From: a virus
Lineage: Duplodnaviria > Caudoviricetes
Length of the DNA stretch: 54,499 nucleotides
Strand: one strand, 5' to 3'
Virus record (IMG/VR): IMGVR_UViG_3300031951_000212
Span: 1-54,499 of that record
Position 1 is the stretch's first letter, and each line of letters opens with the position of its first letter. A model generated the notes under the pieces. The model saw only the letters and a program-made list of their open reading frames with translations, had not been told where the DNA came from and did no database searches. A program made the translations under genes and the position numbers. This document shows, in pieces, positions 7,479 to 17,734 of the stretch.

Positions 7479-7671
7479 TAAAATACTTATTGTTTTTAAT
7501 GCGCCTTAACTTGTTCATGCAAGCTATTGATATTAACAAGATTGTAATTATAGTGGCGCCAACCCATAATGGTGCCATTACCATAATCCATGGCCAATCT
7601 ATTGCACCAAAAAGCTTTAGCAGTATAAACACTATACACAAAAATGGCGCGAAACCAAGTTTGGATGCCAT
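7429..7671 (-). CDS. Small two-TM membrane protein (phage 'Fragile-X-F transmembrane'-like)
   Basis: IVFILLKLFGAIDWPWIMVMAPLW motif and basic C-terminal tail. Confidence 0.7.
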   Translation of the reverse strand: MASKLGFAPFLCIVFILLKLFGAIDWPWIMVMAPLWVGATIITILLISIACMNKLRRIKNNKYFSEKQSGQIFPKSLLRK

Positions 7672-7675
7672 AATT

Positions 7676-7879
7676 TTATACCTTTCGCATCGGCTTCAAA
7701 ACAAATGAAACCGTGGCAAACGATTCGGTTTTGTTAAGAACGGTATGTTCAACTGTTACAAATCCCTTGGATTGAAAGTCATCAATCTTCTTTTGAATAC
7801 CAACATTGATAACCCTCTCTCTGTCTCCAAATGAAAGGTTGGGTTTGTTTATTTCTATCTTTACTGTTTCTTTTATCAT
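7676..7879 (-). CDS. Hypothetical protein (67 aa)
   Basis: Directly downstream of a consensus-like promoter. Confidence 0.7.
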   Translation of the reverse strand: MIKETVKIEINKPNLSFGDRERVINVGIQKKIDDFQSKGFVTVEHTVLNKTESFATVSFVLKPMRKV

Positions 7880-7885
7880 AGTACC

Positions 7886-7914
7886 AATATATAGACAAAG
7901 TTTCTGTTTGTCAA
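7886..7914 (-). promoter_or_regulatory. Sigma70-type early promoter (leaderless geometry)
   Basis: TTGACA-N17-TATATT, 6 nt before ATG 7879. Confidence 0.75.
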
Positions 7915-7917
7915 CTT

Positions 7918-9078
7918 TTATCTAGTTTGTGTCTGTGGCTGTGTGGTTGTGGTTGGTGCTTGTGTTTGTTGTTGGGTTGGTGCTTGAGCTTGGGGTTGTG
8001 TTTGAGTCTGTTGTTGAGGCTGTGCTGGTTGTTGTTGTTGGTCTTGTTGTTGAGGCGAAGCCTTCGCCTTCTTATTGGTTATTGGTATTGCAACCCAACT
8101 TGGAAAACTTGTACCTTGACCAACCCATGCAGTATCAGTAAACTTTCCTCTTCCATTAACAACAAGAAGTTTATCTTTTGGTTTCTTTTCACCGGTTTCG
8201 GGTTGCTCTTGTGGTTGTTCCTGTTGCTGTGGTTGTGGTTCTGGTTGTTCCTGTTGCTGTGGTTGTGGTTCTGGTTGTTGTGGTTGCTCTTGTGGTTGCG
8301 TAGCTTGATTCATCCACCTGTTATTAAGTTGTCCTGGTGCAGGATTTGGTTTTCCGTTTGGCATTATCCATTCATCAGTTTCTGCATTATAGGTGTTATC
8401 TCCAACACTTGTGCTAATAACTGTTCCATCTGGTGGTTTTGGTAATGAATCTAATTGTTGTGGAACTGCTTGCTCACTATTTGGATTACGAGGTTTTCTT
8501 GTTCTTTTACCTTTTCTTTTTTCTTCTAATATAGAATTGAAAAGAACAAAAAATTTATTAAAGTTTTCTGGTATAACTACATTTGATAATTTTCCAAGCT
8601 CTTTTGCCTTGTCTCTTGTGACCAATTGCCACTTAGTTGGATTGTTGTTTGTCAATACAAACAAAAAATCTGACTTCTTGGCAGTTTCTGACTTAGAAAA
8701 CAATTCAACTGGAACCTCTTTCTTGCTGTTTATTGCATTTTCAAGTTCTGGCGAAACGTGTATTAACTGTATTGAAAAAGACCCATCATTCTTAATATCA
8801 ATTATCTTACCAACAATATTTGAGTTTCCAAGCATGTTGATATACTGTCCTTTTTTTGGTGGGTTATCTTTACCAAGAACTAAACTCTTTGAATCTTTTT
8901 GTTTTTGTAATGCATCTATTGCAGTACCGGCTTGTTTGAATAGTTGACTTGGATCTTCAGCTGTTTTGATCGCAGTCCCTATTCCACCCGCTGTACTCGC
9001 AGCTACATTTTTTAATCCCGATAAAAAACCTCCTTGTTCATTTAAGGTTGAATCTATTAACTGGTCAAATTTCGCCAT
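7918..9078 (-). CDS. Late protein with Q/P/E-rich low-complexity C-terminal half; candidate internal head protein
   Basis: 386 aa; TAAATA 7 nt upstream; MAKFDQLIDSTLNEQ; tandem PEPQPQQQEQ repeats (30-bp DNA unit near 8213-8280). Confidence 0.8.
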   Translation of the reverse strand: MAKFDQLIDSTLNEQGGFLSGLKNVAASTAGGIGTAIKTAEDPSQLFKQAGTAIDALQKQKDSKSLVLGKDNPPKKGQYINMLGNSNIVGKIIDIKNDGSFSIQLIHVSPELENAINSKKEVPVELFSKSETAKKSDFLFVLTNNNPTKWQLVTRDKAKELGKLSNVVIPENFNKFFVLFNSILEEKRKGKRTRKPRNPNSEQAVPQQLDSLPKPPDGTVISTSVGDNTYNAETDEWIMPNGKPNPAPGQLNNRWMNQATQPQEQPQQPEPQPQQQEQPEPQPQQQEQPQEQPETGEKKPKDKLLVVNGRGKFTDTAWVGQGTSFPSWVAIPITNKKAKASPQQQDQQQQPAQPQQQTQTQPQAQAPTQQQTQAPTTTTQPQTQTR

Positions 9079-9227
9079 ATTAATATATTTAGTCCTTTGG
9101 TTTACGTAAAAAGGAAAATGTATATAACCTCAAACATTCTGGATGTTTTTGTTTTACAATAAATTTAATTTCGTTCATTTTGTTTAATTTTATTACAAAC
9201 CAACAACAAGTCAATAAATATTTTATA

Positions 9228-9482
9228 ATGGATTCATCTATAAATTTTATATATACATACTCAGCTGGAACAAAAACCATTGATGGTGTATTTCCAGTTT
9301 ATAATTTGGATGGTGCAATCGTTTGTAAAAAAACTGAATTGACCATAAATAAAAACAAAAAAAGAATCGAATTGCTTGATGAGGGAGATCCTGTTATTTT
9401 ATTAGCACAAGAAACAAATGAAGATGAAACCTTCGAATTAATAGCAACAATAAGTGGCATTGACTATAATATTTACATTTAA
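9228..9482 (+). CDS. Hypothetical protein (84 aa)
   Basis: Start revised to MDSSINF at 9228, 7 nt after TAAATA. Confidence 0.65.
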   Translation: MDSSINFIYTYSAGTKTIDGVFPVYNLDGAIVCKKTELTINKNKKRIELLDEGDPVILLAQETNEDETFELIATISGIDYNIYI

Positions 9483-9497
9483 ATGTAAATAATAGAT

Positions 9498-10322
9498 ATG
9501 GCTGGAGTAAAAATCAATAATTTAGAAGAAGCAGATGGAATTCAAGAAACTGATTCTATCATAATTGCAAGATCAAGCAACACAAATAAAATAACAGGTA
9601 AAACATTTATTCAAAATTTCTCAGGTGTAAAAAATGCCACAAATTACGGAAATGGTATTGGTGTATATAAGGGAAGTGTTACATCAACAAACGGTGCCGT
9701 TGGAACGAGTTTACAGTTTAACACGTTGAGTGGTAATAATGGAATTGATGTAAATCTTTCAGGAAGTTTAATTAATATATCTTTAAGTAATAATAGTTTA
9801 AACCTTTTAAATTCTCAAGTAACGACATCAAAAATTTCAGACGGTGCTGTTACTCCCGCAAAACAATCGGGTACTTTGTGTGCAGTTTCAACAAAAAATG
9901 GAACACAGGCAATTCCTGCTTATGCGAGAAGTGTAATAACTGGTTTATCTGCTACAGTAACACCGGTATCTATTGGAGCAAAGGTTTTATTAACTGGTTC
10001 GTTATCAATTGGAGGTATCTATGCTGGTATAATATTAAAAAGAACAATTGGTGGTGTTACAACAGATTTAGCGGTTGGTGTAGATTCTGATCAAATGTCA
10101 CAAGTTACATTTGCTGTAATTAGAAACAGTGGTGATTATAATTCACCACCAACACCAATAAATTATATCGACACTCCTAACACAACATCTCCAGTAACAT
10201 ATAGTGTTGATGTTGTATCAACATGGGGATATATTACATATGTCAACAGAGGTTACTCAGAAGGAAATGCTAGTTATTCCAGTAGGACAATTTCACAAAT
10301 AGCTGCAATAGTTTTACCATAA
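9498..10322 (+). CDS. Tail fibre-like virion protein
   Basis: VKINNL N-terminal anchor, VTTSKISDGAVTPAK repeat, C-terminal GLSATVTP...IDTPNTTSPVTY...VNR fibre-tip domain. Confidence 0.7.
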   Translation: MAGVKINNLEEADGIQETDSIIIARSSNTNKITGKTFIQNFSGVKNATNYGNGIGVYKGSVTSTNGAVGTSLQFNTLSGNNGIDVNLSGSLINISLSNNSLNLLNSQVTTSKISDGAVTPAKQSGTLCAVSTKNGTQAIPAYARSVITGLSATVTPVSIGAKVLLTGSLSIGGIYAGIILKRTIGGVTTDLAVGVDSDQMSQVTFAVIRNSGDYNSPPTPINYIDTPNTTSPVTYSVDVVSTWGYITYVNRGYSEGNASYSSRTISQIAAIVLP

Positions 10323-10351
10323 TGCATGGTACTTGATTAAGTATAGAATAT

Positions 10352-13300
10352 ATGTCTATTCAGTTGAATACGATAACACCTCTATCTTATAATAATTGGT
10401 TGTCTAATCAAACAACCTTGAACCCAAATACTGCGCAATTAAAATATGTTGAGTATTTAAATGATTGGTATCGTGTTCAAGGTTTAAAGAAAAATGAAGC
10501 GACAAATCAATTAAAAAACGATTACATCCAGTTAATAAAAGATTTAAGTTTTTTATTTGGTAAAAAAGAAAAAGATCAGTTTTTGGCAGATGTTGACGTT
10601 ACAAAAGACGAAGAATTAGTTTTTTCTATACCATTCTTTGCAAAAAAATTAAAAGAAATAGCTATTCTACTTTCAAAGAAAAGAGAAACAATAAAAGAAG
10701 CAAAATTAAAATATAATTTAATTGGTTCTAATAATGGGTTAGAACGATTAATGTATGAATATATTTTAAAAGGATTTACAAGATCTGATGAAGGTATAAG
10801 CCAAATACCAACATACCATTTAAGTAATTTATTTCCAGAGTTATCTACAGTAAAGGATAATTTTTATATTGAGGTTGAAGAATTACACGACCCAAATACA
10901 TATTTTGATTCAGATCCATCGGTTTCTATAAATGAATATGTTGATGTTCAAGATTTAGTAAATCAAATACCATTTGAAGGATTAAGTGAAGATGAAATTA
11001 TTGGATTGATAACAACTCGTTATCTACCAAGAGTTGCACCAACTCCACTATCAAATTTATTTAATAATTATTTACAAGATGCAAATATAATAGACACAAC
11101 TGTAAGTTTATCATCTTTATCTGGTTTAATATTCAACCAAGTAAATGCATCTGTAAAATACATGGGTGAACCTAGATATGGTTTAACTGCAATAAGATTA
11201 AAGGATGTTTACTTACCAGATAAAGAAATATCAATAAATATGCCACAAGGCAATAGTTGGTTTTTGTGGCCTAGTGGTGATAGAGTTTTAAATGATTTGG
11301 AATTTAACAATGAATTTGTTCCAATAAAATTAAATGAATCATCCTTATTGGAATCTGGTGCAACTGCTGGATCTTCTATATTCTTATCAGATTTAATTTT
11401 CACAGAAAAAAATGGAATGTTGGAAGGTGCTTGGTTACATGGAACTGAAGTTCTAATAATAGAAGACAACATGGAAATAAATTTAGAGCGAGTTTCTTTT
11501 AGAGATTTTATATTTCCATTTGTTGGTTTTAATGTTACACCAAAAGGAAATGTTTTTGACGGTTATAGTATAAAAGATACGATTTTTGAAACGTTTAACT
11601 TGTTTGATCCTCTTAAAAAGAGAGAACTTTTAGAAGCATATTTTACTAGCAATTTACCAAATTCAGGTTCTCACATAATTTATTTAAATCAAACTAGTTT
11701 AGTTGATGCGGGTGCTTATGCTGGAAAATATCCAGATGAATCAGACTGTTTAACAAGCAAATATAAAGTAAATCAATTACCAAATACATACACTGACGAT
11801 ACTAATGGACCATTGGATGAATCATTTCTGTTTAAATTTAATGAAACTGATTTGGTCATAAAACAAGGACTGATAAACATCCAATGGCCAATACAAACAT
11901 TTGATAATAAAAGCGACTTACCAGTTTCAATATCATTAAAAAGTGATACATGTTTACCTGTTATACTAGGAGAAATAGACACTGCAAAAGAAATGATAGG
12001 CGCGACCGCTGGTATTAGTTTTGATGATGCTGATATAATTTATAAACTTAGTAATGATACAGATGAACCAATTGAAGCAGCTTGGCTTGGTGGTCAATCA
12101 ATAAATAATTTAGATTTAAATTATAAATCAATAAACATTTATAATACATCGGCCGTAAAATGCTCAGTTTACAATGAAGGTGTGATTCAACCTAGTTTAA
12201 CTTTCAAGGCAAATCCATCTGAAAAAATATCATTTGTTTGGTGTGATGTTGACACTCCAGCTGATGAAGTTTTTAAATACGTAGAGCATAGTTCAAATTG
12301 TTTGTATGGTAAAAATAAACATGACTACTATGCTGATCAAGATTATAGAAATCCAAATCCTTTATTTTTCAAAAACCATTGGTCGGAATGTACATGTAAG
12401 TCTGTAAATTTTTCACCAATAGGACATAAAGGTAACAAGTTTATAGATTATAATGCATCAACTGACTTTTTATTTGCTGATCCAGACGGTGCTGGTGTTG
12501 ATTTTGCAATAAACACTTGGTCAGACACTAGAAATTTAAATTATGAAAAAAGTCCACAGTTTGGATTTTTTAAATTATCAGATAGTGCAAATGATTCTCC
12601 TATTGGCTGGGGAGAAGGTACTTGGAAAACTCCAAACGAAAAACCATTTATACTTAAAACAGGTAGAAGATACACCTATTGTAGATCATCCTTTAGAAAA
12701 AATAAATCTGCAACAAATCCTTCGCCTTATCTAATTGTAAAATATCCATATAAACAAATAACCGGATATTTAAATTTACAAAATAATTTAGATTTAGTAG
12801 TATTGGTGGATACAAGCCACACTCAAAAATTTGATATAGATGATGTAAAAACAATAGTTTCAGACTTAACTAAGAGAATATTAAATGATAAAAATAAAGT
12901 TGCTAAAGTTTCTGTTGTAACATTTGGAACATATTCTAGTATCATATCTTTTTTAACAACTGATCAATATTTATTAGATTTATATATTAGTGCAATTGGT
13001 GTTTCTGATGAGCCGGAATACTATAAAACTAACATATTAGATGCATTACAAGTAGCAGAATATATTTTATATACAAATACTGAAGTAAACGCAACAACAA
13101 ATTTAAAAGATCTTTGTTCCAATTTAAATTTTATAATAGGAAATCCTCTTCTCAAATCAAAATATACCAATGTTCCATTTTTAAATGGAGATAAAAAAAT
13201 AATAATTTTCACCAATGGTATTGAATCTATTAACATTGGTCTTGGTTTACCACAAGCAGAAAAACTTAAACAAAATGGTGTTAAAATATTTGTAGCTGAT

Positions 13301-15676
13301 GTTGGTGTTAAAATACAGGAAGAAGGAATAGCATATCAACTTGCAAGTAACAATTCATGTTATTTTAACCTTCAAAAATATCTTTTTAATTTAGATGGAA
13401 ATAAACAAAAATTTTCTGAATACATAAGTTATAGACTTGGTAATCAAACACCAATAAAACCATCTTGGAATAAAGCAATTAGAAATGCCGATGGTGCTTG
13501 GGTATCAACCAATGAGGCATCAGACATGATATTAACACCCGGTGATTATTTGATTTATGTGCACCGAGACAATGTTAATTATACTTCAGTAACTGACAAT
13601 ATTATATTTTCGACACCTTCTATAAGTTTTACAATAAACGTAAAGTTAGATGGTTGGGACTATGATAATAGTTATTTTTCTTTAACTGCGGTTGGCCCAG
13701 ATTATGGAGCAAAACCATATTGGGCTAAAGTTTATACTGATATAAATCTTGAAAAAAATTTCGTAAAAGAAACTTCAAAATCCGGTGGTAACGTTCATTA
13801 CTTAGATGAATATGTTCCAGTTTATCAAGCAGATGTAAGTGATATGGTATTGGGTACTGGTGACTTTTTAAGATATAAAAGATTATTAAATAAAAATTTA
13901 AACTGGACACAACCATTAACATTTAATGTTTTATTAGAATCTAATACATGGAAAAAAATAAAAATATCAAAAGAATATTCAAATATACAAAAATTAGTTA
14001 ATAGAAATAAATTAGATGTAATTGGTGAACCTTTAAATGATCCAAGTGATATTATATTAGAAAGCTATTCATCTTTCAATCCTGCATTTTATAATTATTA
14101 TGCTAGAAATCAATTTACATATACCCAAGATTTGTTTAAAGTAAAAAGATGCGCAGAAAGTTTTGTAACATATAATACTGCAATTGAAATAAATCCAGCA
14201 GAACCTTATTTCAACATGTTGAATACTCAATATCCAACTGTTGCAACTGTATCGTTCCCATCAAAATCTTATACAACAAAAGAAATTGGTGATTATATGA
14301 TACCAGAAAACTTAGGTGTCAGTACATATAGAGGTCGTGGATATGATATAAAAATAGACAACGATTCTCTCACTAACATAGATGCAATGAGTGCTGAAAG
14401 AATGTTCAGTGATATTGGAAAGTATGGTTCACGTCAAAGAGGATTAACAAAAAAAGACCAAATAACACCAGTTAAAATTGAAAATATTGATAATAGTTGG
14501 ATATATGAGCCTTATGGTAGAAATGAACGTTCGGGTGTTATAGTTGAAACAAAAGAAAATCAAAAATTTACACCATATCAAACAACATATGAATCTGAAA
14601 ATGAAAACAGATATGGTGTTAGCAGACAAAACGACATTTTCCAATTTTGGTCCCCACCAATTCCAGCAACTTGGAATGAACCAGAAAAGTATCCTTTAAC
14701 ATTTAGAAAAGAAGTATTGCCATTATCATACGAAGAAAGAAAAAATTTATTGTTGGTAGATTCTGGACAATTAAATAAATGGAGAACCGATATTTTTGGA
14801 AATGATTACGGTTTATACAAACAAATTATACCATCTTCGTTTGAAAATTTATTAGTTTGGTATAAATCAACAAACGGTACATTGTCTTCAAATGGTTCAT
14901 TAACAGATTACAATGGTGTGGTAAACACTTGGCTTGATAAAAGTGGAAACGGAAAAAATTTGCTTAGTTTCTCTGCGACGTTAAGTTCAAATTTTTCACG
15001 TACAACAACAGCACCAATACTTTCTGCAAACGTAATAAATGGAAAACCGGCATTGTATTTTGATGGAACTGCATGTCTTTATACAATGTTTAATTTGATT
15101 GAGAGTAAAGAATTATCAGTTTATATTGTCGGTAAATTTTTAAATACCAATACAACATTTTCAAATGACAACTATCAGCCAATGTTGGCTATATCTTTAT
15201 CATCTGAAAACCAAAATTTTACAACTCAATATTTTGATAATCAAACATTTGCATTTTTCCAAAAAAATAATAAAAATGCATTTGGATTTGGCGCACCGTT
15301 TTTTGATTCAACTGCACCGTTAATTAGTGGTACACCAATTGTTTTTGATAACAGCAGAGATTCCAGATTGGACTTAGAAAATTCAAACGAAGGATTCAAG
15401 GTTTTTGAATTTATATTTGACCAACCTTCTGCAACTTCTTATGTAAACAAACAATATTATCTTGGTTCTGTTGATATAAACAAATATTTAGATAAACCTT
15501 TATATGCAACTGCTGGTGAAAACCAAACCGGTGGATTGTGGGTTGGGTCCTATGGTGGTGGTCAGTTCCCAACAAAGTGCTACATTGCCGAAATATTCAT
15601 ATTTGACAGAGCATTATCAAATAGAGAAAGATTGGATATGGAGAATTATTTAGGTGCGGAATATAGATTATTTTAA
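10352..15676 (+). CDS. Giant virion protein (1774 aa) with vWA domain and C-terminal ConA/LamG-like domain
   Basis: DLVVLVDTSHT...KVSVVTFG...TNILDAL...IIIFTNG (vWA); LLVWY...WLDKSGNG...INGKPALYFDG...IAEIFIFDRALS (lectin-like). Confidence 0.75.
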   Translation: MSIQLNTITPLSYNNWLSNQTTLNPNTAQLKYVEYLNDWYRVQGLKKNEATNQLKNDYIQLIKDLSFLFGKKEKDQFLADVDVTKDEELVFSIPFFAKKLKEIAILLSKKRETIKEAKLKYNLIGSNNGLERLMYEYILKGFTRSDEGISQIPTYHLSNLFPELSTVKDNFYIEVEELHDPNTYFDSDPSVSINEYVDVQDLVNQIPFEGLSEDEIIGLITTRYLPRVAPTPLSNLFNNYLQDANIIDTTVSLSSLSGLIFNQVNASVKYMGEPRYGLTAIRLKDVYLPDKEISINMPQGNSWFLWPSGDRVLNDLEFNNEFVPIKLNESSLLESGATAGSSIFLSDLIFTEKNGMLEGAWLHGTEVLIIEDNMEINLERVSFRDFIFPFVGFNVTPKGNVFDGYSIKDTIFETFNLFDPLKKRELLEAYFTSNLPNSGSHIIYLNQTSLVDAGAYAGKYPDESDCLTSKYKVNQLPNTYTDDTNGPLDESFLFKFNETDLVIKQGLINIQWPIQTFDNKSDLPVSISLKSDTCLPVILGEIDTAKEMIGATAGISFDDADIIYKLSNDTDEPIEAAWLGGQSINNLDLNYKSINIYNTSAVKCSVYNEGVIQPSLTFKANPSEKISFVWCDVDTPADEVFKYVEHSSNCLYGKNKHDYYADQDYRNPNPLFFKNHWSECTCKSVNFSPIGHKGNKFIDYNASTDFLFADPDGAGVDFAINTWSDTRNLNYEKSPQFGFFKLSDSANDSPIGWGEGTWKTPNEKPFILKTGRRYTYCRSSFRKNKSATNPSPYLIVKYPYKQITGYLNLQNNLDLVVLVDTSHTQKFDIDDVKTIVSDLTKRILNDKNKVAKVSVVTFGTYSSIISFLTTDQYLLDLYISAIGVSDEPEYYKTNILDALQVAEYILYTNTEVNATTNLKDLCSNLNFIIGNPLLKSKYTNVPFLNGDKKIIIFTNGIESINIGLGLPQAEKLKQNGVKIFVADVGVKIQEEGIAYQLASNNSCYFNLQKYLFNLDGNKQKFSEYISYRLGNQTPIKPSWNKAIRNADGAWVSTNEASDMILTPGDYLIYVHRDNVNYTSVTDNIIFSTPSISFTINVKLDGWDYDNSYFSLTAVGPDYGAKPYWAKVYTDINLEKNFVKETSKSGGNVHYLDEYVPVYQADVSDMVLGTGDFLRYKRLLNKNLNWTQPLTFNVLLESNTWKKIKISKEYSNIQKLVNRNKLDVIGEPLNDPSDIILESYSSFNPAFYNYYARNQFTYTQDLFKVKRCAESFVTYNTAIEINPAEPYFNMLNTQYPTVATVSFPSKSYTTKEIGDYMIPENLGVSTYRGRGYDIKIDNDSLTNIDAMSAERMFSDIGKYGSRQRGLTKKDQITPVKIENIDNSWIYEPYGRNERSGVIVETKENQKFTPYQTTYESENENRYGVSRQNDIFQFWSPPIPATWNEPEKYPLTFRKEVLPLSYEERKNLLLVDSGQLNKWRTDIFGNDYGLYKQIIPSSFENLLVWYKSTNGTLSSNGSLTDYNGVVNTWLDKSGNGKNLLSFSATLSSNFSRTTTAPILSANVINGKPALYFDGTACLYTMFNLIESKELSVYIVGKFLNTNTTFSNDNYQPMLAISLSSENQNFTTQYFDNQTFAFFQKNNKNAFGFGAPFFDSTAPLISGTPIVFDNSRDSRLDLENSNEGFKVFEFIFDQPSATSYVNKQYYLGSVDINKYLDKPLYATAGENQTGGLWVGSYGGGQFPTKCYIAEIFIFDRALSNRERLDMENYLGAEYRLF

Positions 15677-16132
15677 TTCCAACATAGATAATAAATAATC
15701 TGTTTTATTTAACCTTGATATAATTTCTTCTTTTGTGTTGTTAATTCCTGATTTAACTTTAGTGGTGTAATCATTAAACTCTAAAGAAGTCAATAAACAT
15801 TTAATGTTATCTGATAAATTATAATAAACATCAATCATGTTTTCGTTGTCATTGTATTGATCAATGTTTTCTAATTGATTTATTGTGATATTAAATTTTG
15901 GAAATACCACATTGCATTTTTTAGAAGTTCCTATTATTTCTTCTTGTAAAGCATCAAATAAATCATTTAAATCTGAATATAATTCACCTAATATTTCATG
16001 TGCATTATAGTCTGTAACAAACCAATGTAACATTCTAATTATGGAATTAGTTTTATTTAAAATGATTCCAAAAATTCTAACAGAATCTAAGGAAGAATCT
16101 AAATTGGATGTTTTAATTATTTCTATGTTCAT
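15668..16132 (-). CDS. Ferritin-like/Dps-like protein
   Basis: MLHWFV..YNAHEILGELY..L..LFDALQEEIIG and terminal K..YLL pattern of phage Dps-like four-helix bundles. Confidence 0.7.
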   Translation of the reverse strand: MNIEIIKTSNLDSSLDSVRIFGIILNKTNSIIRMLHWFVTDYNAHEILGELYSDLNDLFDALQEEIIGTSKKCNVVFPKFNITINQLENIDQYNDNENMIDVYYNLSDNIKCLLTSLEFNDYTTKVKSGINNTKEEIISRLNKTDYLLSMLELK

Positions 16133-16542
16133 ATTTTATATATTTCAGTTCTAATCAAATATCCATCTAATTCCATATTATTGGTACTGATCAATTTTTT
16201 TTCTTTGTTTTGTTTTTGATTTTCATTTTTTGGTGTTGATTCTTCTTGTTTAAAAGAATTTAAAGTATATCCACCATCAGACACTTCTACTCTATATCCA
16301 GCCTTTATTAAATCGTTTGATAAAGAAGACATTAATTGTTTAAGGTTTTTAAAATAAAGTCTCCAAAATGGAATTGGAAACAATACGTTAAGTGCATTTA
16401 TTCTTTGTGAACAAGCTTGACATGGTTCTTTTTTACCAGTTAATAAAAAAGTAAACCAAGAGAATAATTTACTATGTAATGTACATGCTATTAAATCACC
16501 AAGACCTTTTGAATATCTACATTTTAGATTTGGATTTTTCAT
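16129..16542 (-). CDS. Hypothetical protein with GLGD...CxxC..R..LN motif
   Basis: SKGLGDLIAC...EPCQACSQRINALNVLFP; TAAATA upstream. Confidence 0.7.
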   Translation of the reverse strand: MKNPNLKCRYSKGLGDLIACTLHSKLFSWFTFLLTGKKEPCQACSQRINALNVLFPIPFWRLYFKNLKQLMSSLSNDLIKAGYRVEVSDGGYTLNSFKQEESTPKNENQKQNKEKKLISTNNMELDGYLIRTEIYKI

Positions 16543-16566
16543 TTATACTTTATTTATTAAAAAATA

Positions 16567-17733
16567 TTAATTTGCAAATAATTTTTTAGATGCACAAGCC
16601 GAATATGATAGAGCGTTTGTATCTTTAGTAAACATAAATCTAACATTTTTAATATTTTTGTATGGCATTGGCCAAGTTTTTGCTGTTGTTTTTGGTGTTG
16701 GATAACCATTTGATGCTGTGATATTATCAGCATTCCATTCCAAATATGTATCATCAGCATTGTTACTAGTTGCTTTCCATGTATATACCAATGATTCTGT
16801 TGGAGATTTTTCAAAAATAACAGATAATGTTCCATATTTATTCGTTGTTCCATTACATGATGCTATCGCATAACCATAAACATCTCTATTGTACCATTGG
16901 TTGAATAGTATGGGTGAACATTCCCCTATTGCATTTTGTGTAGTTTGTGTATTTACTGTATTGTAATTTTGTATAATGGTGGATTGAACAACTGTTGGTA
17001 CTAAAACGTCTGGACATTTTGTACTTAAAATATTCATAAAAGTCCAGTTGTTATTTCTATTTTGATATCTTATTAATGGAACAATCCCAAAATTACTATC
17101 TTTTTTAAAGAAGTAACCATATATTTTTCTATACTCTTCATTTGGTATTGATGATTGAATGTTTTCATATATCGGTAATGTTTCAGATGTCAGTTTAACA
17201 ACTACTGAATTTGTTAAAACATCATATCCAAATGTTTTAATAATAGATCCGTCATTTTCATAAATTGGTGTTAATAAATTAATTTTTGCGTTTTCATTGA
17301 AATTAATTGCAGGATAATTATCTTCAATATAATCCAAACCTCTTGATGTTAATTCTGAAATAAAAGTGGGTGTGTTTATTTTTATAAAAACATCTTCTAG
17401 TTGATTACCTACATTTGATTTATTAAATTCGTATGAAACTGTTAATTCTTGGTTCATCCAATAGGAACTCAATAATGATATTCCATTGTATGCTCTTTCA
17501 AATGATAATGGGTTTAACATTTGTTTCAGATTATCATCAAATATTTTCTTATTAGAAGATAAATCATAAAAAACAGAAAACAATGGTGTGTTTTCATTTG
17601 TTGTTGTCAAAAACAAAGATGACAAATTACATAAAGCAGAATCTAAAGATAAGAAGTTAAAATTGTGTTTACCCAAAGAATCACCAACACACTCTTGGTT
17701 CAAAATTTGATATGTTAAATTTCTTTCACTCAT
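16567..17733 (-). CDS. Virion protein, paralog 1 of 3
   Basis: N-terminal I...ECVGDSL..HNFNF..LD motif shared with the next two genes. Confidence 0.7.
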   Translation of the reverse strand: MSERNLTYQILNQECVGDSLGKHNFNFLSLDSALCNLSSLFLTTTNENTPLFSVFYDLSSNKKIFDDNLKQMLNPLSFERAYNGISLLSSYWMNQELTVSYEFNKSNVGNQLEDVFIKINTPTFISELTSRGLDYIEDNYPAINFNENAKINLLTPIYENDGSIIKTFGYDVLTNSVVVKLTSETLPIYENIQSSIPNEEYRKIYGYFFKKDSNFGIVPLIRYQNRNNNWTFMNILSTKCPDVLVPTVVQSTIIQNYNTVNTQTTQNAIGECSPILFNQWYNRDVYGYAIASCNGTTNKYGTLSVIFEKSPTESLVYTWKATSNNADDTYLEWNADNITASNGYPTPKTTAKTWPMPYKNIKNVRFMFTKDTNALSYSACASKKLFAN

Positions 17734-17734
17734 A

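Noticed and set aside
7927-8445. Leu/Trp/Cys-rich 'membrane protein' on the plus strand
   Set aside because: Antisense artefact of the CAA/CCA-rich Gln/Pro tract of 7918..9078.
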